Shown here: piece by piece, positions 11,207-21,965 of the stretch
Layout: every line of letters starts with the position of its first letter
Numbering within the stretch: position 1 is the stretch's first letter
NCBI GenBank assembly: GCA_963815195.1
Contig: CAWFGE010000013.1
Span: 224,001-288,000, forward strand
Length of the DNA stretch: 64,000 nt
From: an uncultured Planctomycetaceae bacterium
Lineage (GTDB): Bacteria > Planctomycetota > Planctomycetia > Planctomycetales > Planctomycetaceae
Direction of reading: 5' to 3'
Notes under the pieces: generated by a model
Databases searched by the model: none
Told to the model about the DNA's origin: nothing
Seen by the model: only the letters and a program-made list of their open reading frames with translations
Program-made: the position numbers and the translations under genes

Positions 11207-11500
11207 ATGAACGAAGAGCACAATCAATCGGCGAATTTTCTGGTGAGCGCGCTCGACCGCGTCGTGGTCGGAGTCGTCAGAATACTCATCGTTTTGACGG
11301 AGCTCAAATCCCGCGATCCGCACGAGCATCCGGCGCACTTGCTGAAACCCGATCCCCGGCAGCCGGTGAAAATCCGCGGATGGCGCGGCGTGCTCGAATG
11401 GCCGCCGGGGAAGCGGGTCGGCTGTTTCGCGGGTGTATCGCTCGGAGTGTTGATCGGCGGGGCGATTCTTTGGTACGGAATTCAGGATGGGACTCCATGA
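11207..11500 (+). CDS. Small hypothetical membrane protein
   Basis: 97 aa with a C-terminal hydrophobic helix; stop overlaps the next ATG (ATGA at 11497-11500). Confidence 0.55.
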   Translation: MNEEHNQSANFLVSALDRVVVGVVRILIVLTELKSRDPHEHPAHLLKPDPRQPVKIRGWRGVLEWPPGKRVGCFAGVSLGVLIGGAILWYGIQDGTP

Positions 11501-12411
11501 CCGGGCGTCATCACACGGCGGATTCGGAACGATTGGAACTCTGCCGCACGCTGACGGCGGACGGGTTGCAGTTGGACGGCTTACTGATTGCACCCACCCG
11601 GGCGGCGGACGATCTTCCGGTGTCGGCGTTTTTATTGGTGCACGGGACGGGCAGCAATTTCTATGCTCCGGGCGTGTTGGAGACTTTCGCCCGGCAAGCG
11701 GTGCAATCGGGATCGGCGGTGTTGCGGGTGAACACGCGCGGGCACGACGGCGTGGCCCGCATTCCGGGGCAACACGGTTCGGTCCCCGGCGGGGCGGCTT
11801 ACGAAACGATTTCCGATTGCCGATTGGACATCGCGGCTTGGGTGGAGTTCCTCGTGAATTGCGGCCATTCGCGGATCGGCCTGGTCGGGCACAGCATGGG
11901 AGCCGTCAAAGCCATCTATGCCCAGGCCCACGATCATCACGAGCCGGTCCGCCGGGTGGTCGGCATTTCTCCGCCGCGGTTTTGCCACGCGCGGTTGATG
12001 TCCTTTCCCCAAAGCCAGCCGTTTCGCGAAGACGACCAGAGGGCCCGGGACCTGGTGAAAGCCGGCCGGGGCGCGGAACTCCTTTCGGTCCGCCAGCCGC
12101 TGCCGATGCTCCTCACCGCCGAGGGCTTTCTGGCCAAGTACGGCCCTCGGGACGATTACGATTACTTCAAGTTTCTCCCCAACTTGAATTGCCCCACGCT
12201 CATCGTGTTGGGAACGGAAAGCGTGCGGACCTCCGCCGCGTTTGCGGGCGTGCCGGAGGATTTGAGTCAACGAATTGCTGAACTTCCCGCTCCGCCCGTG
12301 ACGGTGGAACTGGTCGAAGGAGCGAATACCGCCTATTCGCAGCATCTGACAGAACCATACGTCCGCGCGGAATGTTGGCTTCGCCGCACGGGAAACGATT
12401 CCGCGGGATGA
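11497..12411 (+). CDS. Alpha/beta hydrolase
   Basis: LLVHGTGSNFY oxyanion region and GHSMG nucleophile elbow. Confidence 0.9.
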   Translation: MTGRHHTADSERLELCRTLTADGLQLDGLLIAPTRAADDLPVSAFLLVHGTGSNFYAPGVLETFARQAVQSGSAVLRVNTRGHDGVARIPGQHGSVPGGAAYETISDCRLDIAAWVEFLVNCGHSRIGLVGHSMGAVKAIYAQAHDHHEPVRRVVGISPPRFCHARLMSFPQSQPFREDDQRARDLVKAGRGAELLSVRQPLPMLLTAEGFLAKYGPRDDYDYFKFLPNLNCPTLIVLGTESVRTSAAFAGVPEDLSQRIAELPAPPVTVELVEGANTAYSQHLTEPYVRAECWLRRTGNDSAG

Positions 12412-12662
12412 CGCTTTGCTTATCGCGTCGTCTTGCGCAAAAAAATGGTTCTTCCGGATCATCAGGGGGAACGGCGACGGTGTTAAAGAATGTCTGGGCC
12501 GCGATCTTTCACCGCCCCTTGGGGAGGTAAGATCCGTGGTTGATCATCACACAAAAAGATCATCAGCGTCCGCCCCCCCCGATTCGCCGGAAGAGCCAAA
12601 AAAATGGGCCGTCCGGTTTGATCCGCACGACCCATTCTCAACGGAAGGGGAAAAAGAACCCC

Positions 12663-13439
12663 TTATACGAGAGGGACCTTTCGGCGGCGAACTTGGCTGT
12701 AGCCAATCATTCCCAACACTCCCAAGCCCACTAAGGCCCAACTTCGCGGTTCCGGAACGACCGTGAGGCTCGGCCCGGTTTGAATGAAGTCGTACCCGAG
12801 AGTGGCGTCGCCGGTGACCGTCAAATTGACCTGAATGGCTCCGACGTTGTTGAAGTCCGCCCCACCGGCGGCTCCGCTGCCGGCCGTAAAGTCGGTGAAG
12901 GGCAGGCCGAACGTCTGAAACGAATTCATAGCCGTTGTGGTCGTCGTCAACACCGCATCCGAATAGTGGGTCGCATCCGTGAACACTCGGAACATGGCTG
13001 TGATGGGACTGTTCGACATGGCGTTTAACAGGAAACTCGTTCCCGACAAGGCCAGGCCGCCTAAGCCGATGGGCGCGAACGTCGCCAAAGGGGTGGCGTC
13101 CGCACTTCCGTCATAGGTCAACTGCAGATTGCTTTGAACTCCCGTCCCTCCTTGAATCTGGAGGATGGCGCTTCCGTCGTCGCCGATGGACGCACCTCCC
13201 ACTCCCTGCGTGACGCTCAGCACCATCTCGCGCTGGCCGCCGATGATCCCCGTGGAATCGTTGACGACTGCCGACATGGGATTGCCGGGCGTGGCAAAGA
13301 GCGATGTGGTGGGGGCATTGAAGGCCGTATCGAAAGAATCGATCAATGTGGCCTGAGCCGAGTTCGCTGCCAGGAGCGCAACGGCCACGGCCGAGATTCC
13401 AACGCAGGCGAGTCGCCTGCTGAGAATGCTCAATTTCAT
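12663..13439 (-). CDS. PEP-CTERM sorting-domain protein (Thr/Gly/Ser-rich)
   Basis: Signal peptide ...SAQA; C-terminus VPEPRSWALVGLGVLGMIGYSQVRRRK (PEP, TM helix, basic tail). Confidence 0.92.
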   Translation of the reverse strand: MKLSILSRRLACVGISAVAVALLAANSAQATLIDSFDTAFNAPTTSLFATPGNPMSAVVNDSTGIIGGQREMVLSVTQGVGGASIGDDGSAILQIQGGTGVQSNLQLTYDGSADATPLATFAPIGLGGLALSGTSFLLNAMSNSPITAMFRVFTDATHYSDAVLTTTTTAMNSFQTFGLPFTDFTAGSGAAGGADFNNVGAIQVNLTVTGDATLGYDFIQTGPSLTVVPEPRSWALVGLGVLGMIGYSQVRRRKVPLV

Positions 13440-13703
13440 CAGAGTAAACTCCTCTTAGGATTCCAATTCCTGGCAGGCTGCGCGGCCGCAGGTCGAAGCG
13501 GCAAAAGAACGCCGCAACCCGGGAATCGGAATGAATAGTGTCGTCGTGCATCGTTTGCGGATCGAAAAACACGGCACGCGCGATGCCGCAGACCGCGGGC
13601 GGCCCCCGCGCGAAAGCGCCGCAACGCTCCTTGATGTTCGCGGACCCGTTTTCCGGAATCCGCAGGATGTTGCAGCGTGCAAGTGGCGAGGGATCGATGG
13701 GCG

Positions 13704-16700
13704 TCATGGATTGCGGCTCAACTCGGGCCATTGGTTCATCAGTTCGTCATAAAGTTGTTTTTCCAGGGGATGCAGGCGGTCCGGCCTCAGATGCATGTCG
13801 CGGGCCTTCTCCAAATGCCGCCGCGCCGCCTTGAGATCCCCTTTAAGCGCCGCGCCTCGGCCAGGTGCAGGTAACCGATGGCGAAGGACGATTCGTCGAG
13901 GGCCGTTTCCAGATCGCGAACAGCCTCGTCCGCGCAGCGTGCGCGAATATGAATGACCGCGCGCGTATCGAGCAAATCCGCCCGCGGTCCCGCCACCTCG
14001 ATGGCCCGATTGATCCACCGCAAAGCCTCCGCGGGCTTGTCGTGCAGAAACGCCTCGAGCCACGCCAGGTTGTTCAAGGCGACCACGTGGCGGTCGTTCG
14101 CCGGCAAAACCTGCAGATACAAAGTCTCCGCCTCGCGCAGCCGCTCTTCGAGCAACCGCAGATCCGCGAGCGCCACAAGACACGCGGGCGATTGGAACGA
14201 CGCGGCCAAGGCCGATTTGACCCAAGACTCCACGCGGCGGAATTGCTCGTCGGAAATGTTCTGGCTCCCGATGATTCCGCTGCGTCCGAGCACGCTGACC
14301 GAAGCGGCCGCGAGCATATCCGGATCGGCCCGGCCGCGAACCCGTTCGCAAAGATCCAGGGCTTCTTGAATCCGATGCTGCCGCGACAAAAACTTGGCCA
14401 GCACGAAGGCCGCGTACGGCTGCGCGGAGAAGTCGGCGTAATCGCGATACAGTTCTTCCGCTCCTTCCAACAATCCCAATTCCTCAAGCAGCACGGCGCC
14501 GGATTGAAGCTGCGATGCATAATTCCGGCGTTTGAGGTCCTGCCGCATCACAAACTGGTGCACCAGGGCTTTGGCATCGTCCACGCGTGATTGCTCGACC
14601 AGTTTCCGCGCTTCGCTGAGCAAATGCCCGGCCTCCTGGGTCGAATCCGCCGGCGATTGCGCGAGCAGGTTCGTCAAGGACGTTTCGAATTCCGCGCGTT
14701 CGGGAAGCGCGCGGATGCGGGCATCGAGTTCCGGGGGGCGATGCGACGCGACCCATTGCTTGAGGGTCGAGACCGCCAGTTCCGCGTTGCCCATGCTGTG
14801 CCGGAATTGAGCCTGTGTCGTGGCCGTCACAAATGCATCGGGGGCTTGCCGTTCGAGCGTCCGCACCCAGGCGGCGGCTTGCGAGGCTTCGTCGTGGCGG
14901 ATCAGCGAAACCGCGAACTCCGCCAAGTGTTCCGGCCGGGCCGAGTCGGACGTCGCGATTTCCTGGTACGTCTTTTTGGCATTCGTCCACTGTGCGGTCG
15001 CCTCATACAACCTTGCCAACTGCAAACGCTCTTCGATTGTCAGGTATCCGCGGGCCTGCTGGATTTCCCGCAGGACCTGGATCGCTTCGAGGCGGTCTTT
15101 TCGCAGCGGACGTTTGCCTAAAATGATGGCCTTTGCCTTCAGGTCCTCGACCATTTCCCCGGAAGGCCGCCGCCGATCGTTTCTTTCCAAAAGCTCGACG
15201 GCTTGAACCGAGCGGTCGTAGCCGCCTTCGGCCGCCAGCAACAAGGCCTGGTTCCGCCGGGTCCACGCGACATCCGAGGGACGGGCCTCTTTCGCGTTCC
15301 GCGCGATCCGGCCGAGATAGGCTTGGGCCTTGTCGTGATTTCCGATGCGGTCGTGAAACAACGCGGCGGCTTTCAAACGGCTGACGTTCCCAGAGTCCGC
15401 CGCCACCGCTTGCTCATGCCACTTCGCGGCTTCCTCAACATCGCCGAGGATTTCATAACACCGCGCCAGTGTTGGAGGCATTAACCGGTCCGGCAGGTGA
15501 TCTTTCGCCTCGGCAATCATGGCGCGGGCCTGGGCAAACTGGCCGGTTCGCTGCAGGTGGCGAATCAAGCTCAGCCACGTCGCCGGCTGCTCGGGCGCCT
15601 GCTTCACCGCCTGGCGATAGAGTTCGTCGACCTCGGGGCCGCGCTCGCCGGACTGGTACCGCACTTCCGCAAGCCAGAGCTGGTCCCAATAATCGTGGGA
15701 ACTCTTCCAGACCTGCTCCGCGAACCGCACCGCCCCCTCGAGGTCCTGTTGCTCGAGGGCCAACGCCCGCGCGAATCGGCCCGCTTCGCCCGCGAACACG
15801 GGATTCCCTTGAGCGGCCAACCGCCGCGCAAGTTGCATGGCCTCGTCGTGTTGTCCGCGGCCGGCGAGATTCTGCAAAATGCGGAGCACGACTTCCGGCG
15901 ACGAGTCGCCCAGCCGGAGCGCCTCTTGAAAATGCCTGAGGGCCTGGTCCGAGTTGCCGCCGAGTTCCGCCGCGTTCCCGCGGGCCCGCACAACCGCGGT
16001 CCAGCGAGGATGCTGCCTAGCGAGTTCGTCGAGGATTTCCGTCGCCTGATTCAACTCGTTCGATTGCCCCCGGCCGTCCGAGACGCGAACCAACAGCGCG
16101 ACGGCCAACAGGAATTCCGACGTCGGTCCCCGTCCGCCTTCAATGCGGCGGATCGGCTCGAGAATCGGCCGAAGCTCGTCGAGCCGGCCTTGATCGGAAA
16201 GCGGCTGAGCCAAGGCCTGCCAATACTCCAAGCGGTTCGGGAAGCGTTCCGCCAACGTCCGCCAGACGGTCCGGCTTTGCTCCGGAAGGTCTCTCTGCCG
16301 GTAGGTGTGGGCCACGCGCTCCAGCAGCCGCCGGCCTTGATCCGGGGGATAATCGCCGGCCCGCCGCGTCAGGGCGTCCAGCGTTTTTCGGGCGTCGGTT
16401 TCGGCTTCGATCAGCGCGATTTCCGCGCGGATCAATTCCCATTCCGCAAGCGGCCCGAACCGCGCTTCCGCCTGCGTTAAAGCATTTCGGCAGGCCTCCA
16501 CGCGGCGGTCGATGGCCCAGTCCTCCCGCCTTAGCGCCAAAAGCGCAACGGCCGCGTGCGTCGAAACGCGGTCGGGTTTCTTCTCCAATCCGGATTGGAG
16601 CAGCTCGGCGGCCTGGTCGTATTTCTGCTGTTGAAGGAGGACCTCGGCCCGCAGCGTGTTGAGTTGAATGGGATCGACATTCGCGCGGGCCGCCAGTTCG

Positions 16701-18326
16701 AGCGTCTCTTCCACGCGCGCCCAGTCGCGGCGATTTTGAGGCCGCGCCAATTCCTCGAGCATCCGCAGCCGAAACAGTTCGCTCGCCACGCCCTCCACGC
16801 CCAACAGCAGCCGGTATTCCTTGGCGGCCTCTTCGGTGTGCTGGACGTCCGCGAGGGCCCGGGCGTATTCCAGCCGGCCCGCCGTCCACAACGGGTATTC
16901 TTCAATCGCGCGATTGAGCACCGCCAATCGCGCATCGGGATTTCCCACCGCGCGGTAACAATGCGAAAGCAACAGGCCGATCCGCTGGCTCAAATCGCGT
17001 TCGGAGCGAAGCGCGATCTTGAGCGGCTCCAACTTCTGGATCGCCTTGGCCCACTCGTTGTCTTGAATCGCCCGCTCCGCGAGCAAGAAATCCAAATACT
17101 CCGGCGGCGTGCCCAGTTGACGCATGCGGTCCAACAGCGAACCCATGCTCGGCGTCGCCTTCCGATTGTCGGGGAATCGGGTTTTCAAATCCGCCAGCCC
17201 GAACAGCAACTGCCGCTCGATGCGGCGCAATTCCACCATGCCCTCGGGATCGGCACCGTGGAGGATGTCGGGGAAGTGGGAAAGCCCTTCCTCGAAAGCC
17301 TTGATCGATCCCGCCACGTCCCCTTGCTCGAGCGCCACCTGCGCCAGAATGTATTCCAACTTGAGAGCGGGCGGCTTTTGCATCAATCCCCGAATCGCGA
17401 TCTGTTGCGCGGCGAGAATGTGCTCCTCCCGCTGCTCAGGTTGCCCGTCCAGCGCGGCGGCCTCGGCTTGGGCCAGTTCCAACTCCGCGGCCAGGAAAAG
17501 GATTTCCGGATCGCGGTCCGCGAGCTTTAAGGCTTCCTGAATGTCCGCGACGGCATGAGTCAGATCGCCGCTCCGCCTTCGTTGCCGGGATCGCGCCAAC
17601 AATGCGAGCGCGCGGCCGGCCTTGCGCCACCATGCGTTCGGAAAGCGCCTCGGCCACCAGGGAAGCCGAGACCTCCTCGCGATGATGCGGGTCGATCCCG
17701 GAAAGCTCCAAGGCGTCTGCATGGTTCAAAACGATTTGGATCAGGGCGTTGTGGTACTCGATTCCTTCTCGATCGTGCGTGACGGCCAGAGCGTAAAGGG
17801 CGGCCGCTTTGGAATAATGCCGATTCTCTTCCTCGCAGCGGGCTTTTCGATAGATGAGGTCGGCATCGTGGGGATGGTCGGAAAGTAAAGCGTCCAGATG
17901 CCCCAAAGCATCCGAGAACCGCCCGAGCCGCATCAACACGCCCGCCAATCGCCGTCGAATGGTTTCCCGGCTGGGATCCGCCCGGAGGATTCCCTCATAG
18001 AGCATGAAGGCGCTGAGCCGCATTTTCCCCGAAGCCGCCGGTTGGTCGAGCAGCATGCCCAGACTCGCCTGGGCGTCGAGGTGATTCGGCCGGTATTTGA
18101 GATACTGCGTGTAAAGCCGGATGGCGTCCGCGGAGTGGCCTTCTTGGGCGGCGGCTTCCGCTTTTTCGAGAAGCCGGCCTGCGTTGCGGTCCGTCTGCCA
18201 GCCATGCAAGAGATGGAGCACCGCCGCGAGCGCCGCCGCAATTCCCAGCAACCCGCCGAACAGCCGGAGATTCAACCGGCGTTTGGTTGGCGGATTCACA
18301 TTTGTTTGAGGAGAGGGATTCTGCAT
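13704..18326 (-). CDS. Giant (~1540 aa) membrane-anchored TPR protein of the exosortase/EPS locus; frameshifts near 17615 and 13840
   Basis: N-terminal TM (NLRLFGGLLG...); ORFs 17436..18326, 13787..17722 and 13704..14351 join; C-terminal ALNNLAW...LLDTRA...YLHLA motifs. Confidence 0.8.
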
Positions 18327-18337
18327 GGTCGTTTCCG

Positions 18338-19684
18338 TTATTTGGCAAGCGGCCTTTCAAGTCGGCGAACGCGAGAGGGGCGGGGCCAACTCCAAGGCGA
18401 ACCGAGTTCCAGCTCCGCCGCCTGCTCCGCGACGTCGAGAAAGGCTTGCCGCTGGGACGGGGAAAGCTTCCGCGCGCGGCGGGCCATCATGCGTTCGGCC
18501 GCCAAGAGGCCCTGCTCCAAATCGAGCGGCTCCATCCCGGCTTCGGTGACCCACGTCAGACTGGGAACGAACTGGGGAGAAGAGGGCGTCGAAATGCAGC
18601 TTCCAAACCCTACCACCGCTCCGGTGGGAAAATGCACGCCGATGCCGATCCGGCTGTGATCGCCCGCCAACAGGCCCGCGCACAATTCCCCGCTCTCGGT
18701 TGCGATGCCCCGAATGGGAACCCGCACCGTCCCGTAGGTGTTCTTGAGGTTGCTGCACACCGCATCGGCACCGATGTTGACCCACTGCCCGATGTAACTG
18801 TTGCCCAAAAACCCGTCGTGCTGTTTGTTGGAGAATCCGTGAATGATGCTGGCCTGGATCTCGCCGCCGGCCTTCGAGACCGGACCGAGCGTCGTTCCGC
18901 CTTTGATGATGGCACCGGGCTGGATCACGCATTCGTCGCTGATCCACGCAGGGCCTTGGATGTAACTGTGGGGCGAGACATCGACGTTATTCCCGATCCA
19001 CACCGGCCCGCTTTCGGCGTCGATGACGGCACCGGGTTTGATGCGCGTTCCCGAACCGATGTGCATCGATCCCGGCTCCATCAAATGGCTGCCCGGACAA
19101 ATCTCTCCGAAACAGCCGCCGCCGTCCGCCGGCCAGCATCGGGCGATCGAATCGTCATTGGCATTGACGAGTTCCCAAGGCCAGCGGAAGAGGCGGACAT
19201 GCGGCGAAACGTCCCTCCGCGGCAATCCGGAGACAATCGCTTCGAGCCGGCCCGAGTCTAGGAGTTCATTAAAATGCAGTTCGCGGGCGAGCTCCTCATC
19301 GGCCCAGAGGCAGGCAATCGCCTCATCGTCGCCGGCGGTTCCAACCCAGGCCCGCTCCCGGCGGTCCACGTCCGGCAGGCTCCGCCAGAATCCCAAGCCG
19401 TCCAAAAGCAGCGTCCCGGTCGTCAGGATCTGATTCACCGGAAGGCCGGTCTCCTCCGCGACGACCTCCTGCAAGCCCGGCCGGCACCACAACCCTAACG
19501 GATTCGCGCGGCCGTTCGTTCCGGACGAATGGCTGTCTTGCGCCAAAGCCGGCGCGATCAACCGCCGGACCTGCGAGAGCAACTCGCCGGAACCGCTCAG
19601 CAGTTGGCACGTGGCGCGGTTGTAGACCAAGGGCAGCATTCGCCGCCAGCCGCCGTTTTCATAGACAATCACGGGTCCGGCCAT
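18338..19684 (-). CDS. Putative sugar nucleotidyltransferase/acetyltransferase, alternative GlmU-like
   Basis: N-terminal MLPLVYNRA motif; hexapeptide repeats with GPVWIG, SNKQHDGFLGNSYIGQWVNIGA, SNLKNTY; directly downstream of glmS. Confidence 0.8.
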   Translation of the reverse strand: MAGPVIVYENGGWRRMLPLVYNRATCQLLSGSGELLSQVRRLIAPALAQDSHSSGTNGRANPLGLWCRPGLQEVVAEETGLPVNQILTTGTLLLDGLGFWRSLPDVDRRERAWVGTAGDDEAIACLWADEELARELHFNELLDSGRLEAIVSGLPRRDVSPHVRLFRWPWELVNANDDSIARCWPADGGGCFGEICPGSHLMEPGSMHIGSGTRIKPGAVIDAESGPVWIGNNVDVSPHSYIQGPAWISDECVIQPGAIIKGGTTLGPVSKAGGEIQASIIHGFSNKQHDGFLGNSYIGQWVNIGADAVCSNLKNTYGTVRVPIRGIATESGELCAGLLAGDHSRIGIGVHFPTGAVVGFGSCISTPSSPQFVPSLTWVTEAGMEPLDLEQGLLAAERMMARRARKLSPSQRQAFLDVAEQAAELELGSPWSWPRPSRVRRLERPLAK

Positions 19685-19687
19685 GCG

Positions 19688-21520
19688 TTACTCCACAGTC
19701 ACGGATTTGGCGAGATTGCGCGGACGATCCACATCGAAGCCCCGCGCACAGGCCGTGTGATAGGCGAGCAGCTGCAAAGGCACAGAGTTCACCATCGGTG
19801 ACAACAGCGGCAGCGTGGCGGGCACGTAAAGCACCTCTTCCGCCAGCGATTCCAGTTCGGTGTCGCCCTCGGTCGCGATGGCGATCACCCGGCCGCCGCG
19901 CGTGCGAACCTCGGCGATGTTGGAAATCGTCTTGCCGTAAGTGCGATCGTTCGTGGCGATGACCACCACGGGCGTCTCGGCATCGACCAGCGCCAACGGC
20001 CCGTGCTTGAGTTCGGCCGCCGGCAAACCTTCCGCGTGGATGTAGCTGATTTCCTTGAGCTTGAGCGCCCCTTCGAGCGCAAGGGGATAGTTAATGCCTC
20101 CCCCGATATACAGCCAGTGATCGCAATCCACCAGCCGATCGACCAGTTCGCGGATTTGTTGATCCAGTTCCAACGCCTCGGCGATTTTATTGGGAATTTT
20201 GTCGAACTCTTGAGCGATTTCGGCACATTGCTCGGCCGCCAGGCAGCGCCTCCGGCCCAAGTAAAGTGCGATCATCGCCAAAACGGCGATCTGAGACGTA
20301 AACGCCTTGGTGCTCGCCACGCCGATTTCCGGACCGGCATGAAGATAGACGCCCGCGTCCGTCTCCCGGGCGATGGACGACCCCACAACGTTGACCACGC
20401 CGAATACGTCCGCGCCGCGGATCTTCAATTCGCGAAGGGCGGCCAGGGTGTCGGCCGTCTCTCCCGATTGGCTGACCGCCACGCCGAAGGTCCCCGGCTC
20501 CACGAGCGGATTTCGATAACGCAGTTCGCTGGCATAGTCCACTTGCGTCGGCAAGCGGGCCCAATCTTCCAAGAGATGTTTGCCGATGAGGGCGGCATGA
20601 TAGGCCGTTCCGCAACCGAACAGCAGGGCCCGTCCGAAGCGGGGCAAGTCGCGTTCGCGGTTGCTCAGCCCCATCAAATGCAGTTCGCCGCTCCGCGCGT
20701 CGAGCCGGCCGCGAAGCGTGTTCCGCAAGCTGTGGGGCTGCTCCCAGATTTCCTTCAGCATGTGATGCTCGTAGCCGTTCAGCTCGATGGCTTCGAGCGT
20801 CAAATCCAGGTCCTCCATCTCTTTTTCGACTCGCACGGAATCCGCCGAGAACACATCGATCGCGTTCGGCTTGATCCGCACGATTTCCTCGTCTTCCAGA
20901 TAGGCCACCTGCTGGGCCTGGGTCACCAACGCCCCGGGATCGGACGCGACCCAGGCTCCCTCGGGACCGATCCCAATCGCCAACGGGCTTCCCCGGCGGG
21001 CGGCGATGATTGTGGCCGGCTCGTCCGCGCACAGCACGGCCAGCCCGAACGTTCCGCGGCATTCCCGGAGCGCAAGCCGGACGGCTTCGACCACGTCCTC
21101 TGTCTTCTCCGCCATCTCTGCGATCAAATGCGCGAGCACTTCGGTGTCGGTCTCGCTCTGAAAAGAGATTCCCATCCCCGCGAGATAAGTCCGCAGCGCC
21201 GAGTGGTTTTCGATGATGCCATTATGAACGACGGCAAACCGGCCATCGTAAGATGGATGGGGGTGGGCATTGACCACCGTGGGCGATCCATGCGTGGCCC
21301 AGCGCGTATGCGCGATGCCTGTGAACGCCGCGATCGGCTCGCCTTCCAGCATTTTTTGAAGCCGATCCACCCGCCCGACCGCCTTGCGGATTCGAATTCG
21401 GCCGTTGACAAGAGCCGCCAACCCGGCGGAATCGTAACCCCGGTATTCCAGCCGGTGTAAGCCGAGCATTAAACGTTCGACGGCATCCTGCCTCCCTGTG
21501 TAGCCTACAATTCCACACAT
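19688..21520 (-). CDS. glmS: Glutamine--fructose-6-phosphate transaminase (isomerizing)
   Basis: MCGIVG, LEYRGYDSAG, HTRWATHG, SQSGETADT, EIGVASTKAF, PRNLAKSVTVE. Confidence 0.98.
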   Translation of the reverse strand: MCGIVGYTGRQDAVERLMLGLHRLEYRGYDSAGLAALVNGRIRIRKAVGRVDRLQKMLEGEPIAAFTGIAHTRWATHGSPTVVNAHPHPSYDGRFAVVHNGIIENHSALRTYLAGMGISFQSETDTEVLAHLIAEMAEKTEDVVEAVRLALRECRGTFGLAVLCADEPATIIAARRGSPLAIGIGPEGAWVASDPGALVTQAQQVAYLEDEEIVRIKPNAIDVFSADSVRVEKEMEDLDLTLEAIELNGYEHHMLKEIWEQPHSLRNTLRGRLDARSGELHLMGLSNRERDLPRFGRALLFGCGTAYHAALIGKHLLEDWARLPTQVDYASELRYRNPLVEPGTFGVAVSQSGETADTLAALRELKIRGADVFGVVNVVGSSIARETDAGVYLHAGPEIGVASTKAFTSQIAVLAMIALYLGRRRCLAAEQCAEIAQEFDKIPNKIAEALELDQQIRELVDRLVDCDHWLYIGGGINYPLALEGALKLKEISYIHAEGLPAAELKHGPLALVDAETPVVVIATNDRTYGKTISNIAEVRTRGGRVIAIATEGDTELESLAEEVLYVPATLPLLSPMVNSVPLQLLAYHTACARGFDVDRPRNLAKSVTVE

Positions 21521-21885
21521 TCTCCCCTCCTTTGCCGAAAACAGTTGTTGCGCGAGAAGTCGCTCGCTGAAAGCCGCGTCCGCGATCGGTGCCGGCTTCT
21601 GCTACGGAGGAGATGACGCAACACAAGCGGCCTCCCCTTTCCGATTGTCACACTCTAGCCAGGGTGCGCAAGACGGCCAATCCGAGAAATGACTGGAGTT
21701 TCCAATGCGACGGCCTCTAAGCGCTATAGGGGATGCCCGCACCGCCCTAATGCCACATCGCCTCTCTATGCCGCCAGACCGCAATTGAGCTGTGCCGGCC
21801 TATGATTCCATACCACCGGCGGGCTAAGCAAATCCCTTAAACCCCAGGACGATCTCCGCAGTTCAAAGCAGATGCTTTTAACGGA

Positions 21886-21913
21886 TTGCGGATGTTTTTG
21901 CCCGCCCTATACT
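21886..21913 (+). promoter_or_regulatory. Possible sigma70 promoter for the exosortase operon
   Basis: TTGCGG-N16-TATACT about 50 nt upstream of ATG 21966. Confidence 0.4.
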
Positions 21914-21965
21914 AGGCCACTATCGAGCTTCACCTCGACCAATCCTCAATACGAATTGCCTGTCG

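Noticed and set aside
21521..21965. glmS ribozyme upstream of glmS
   Set aside because: Only TATAGCGC resembles the 5' end; the following core and the GACGAGG element are absent
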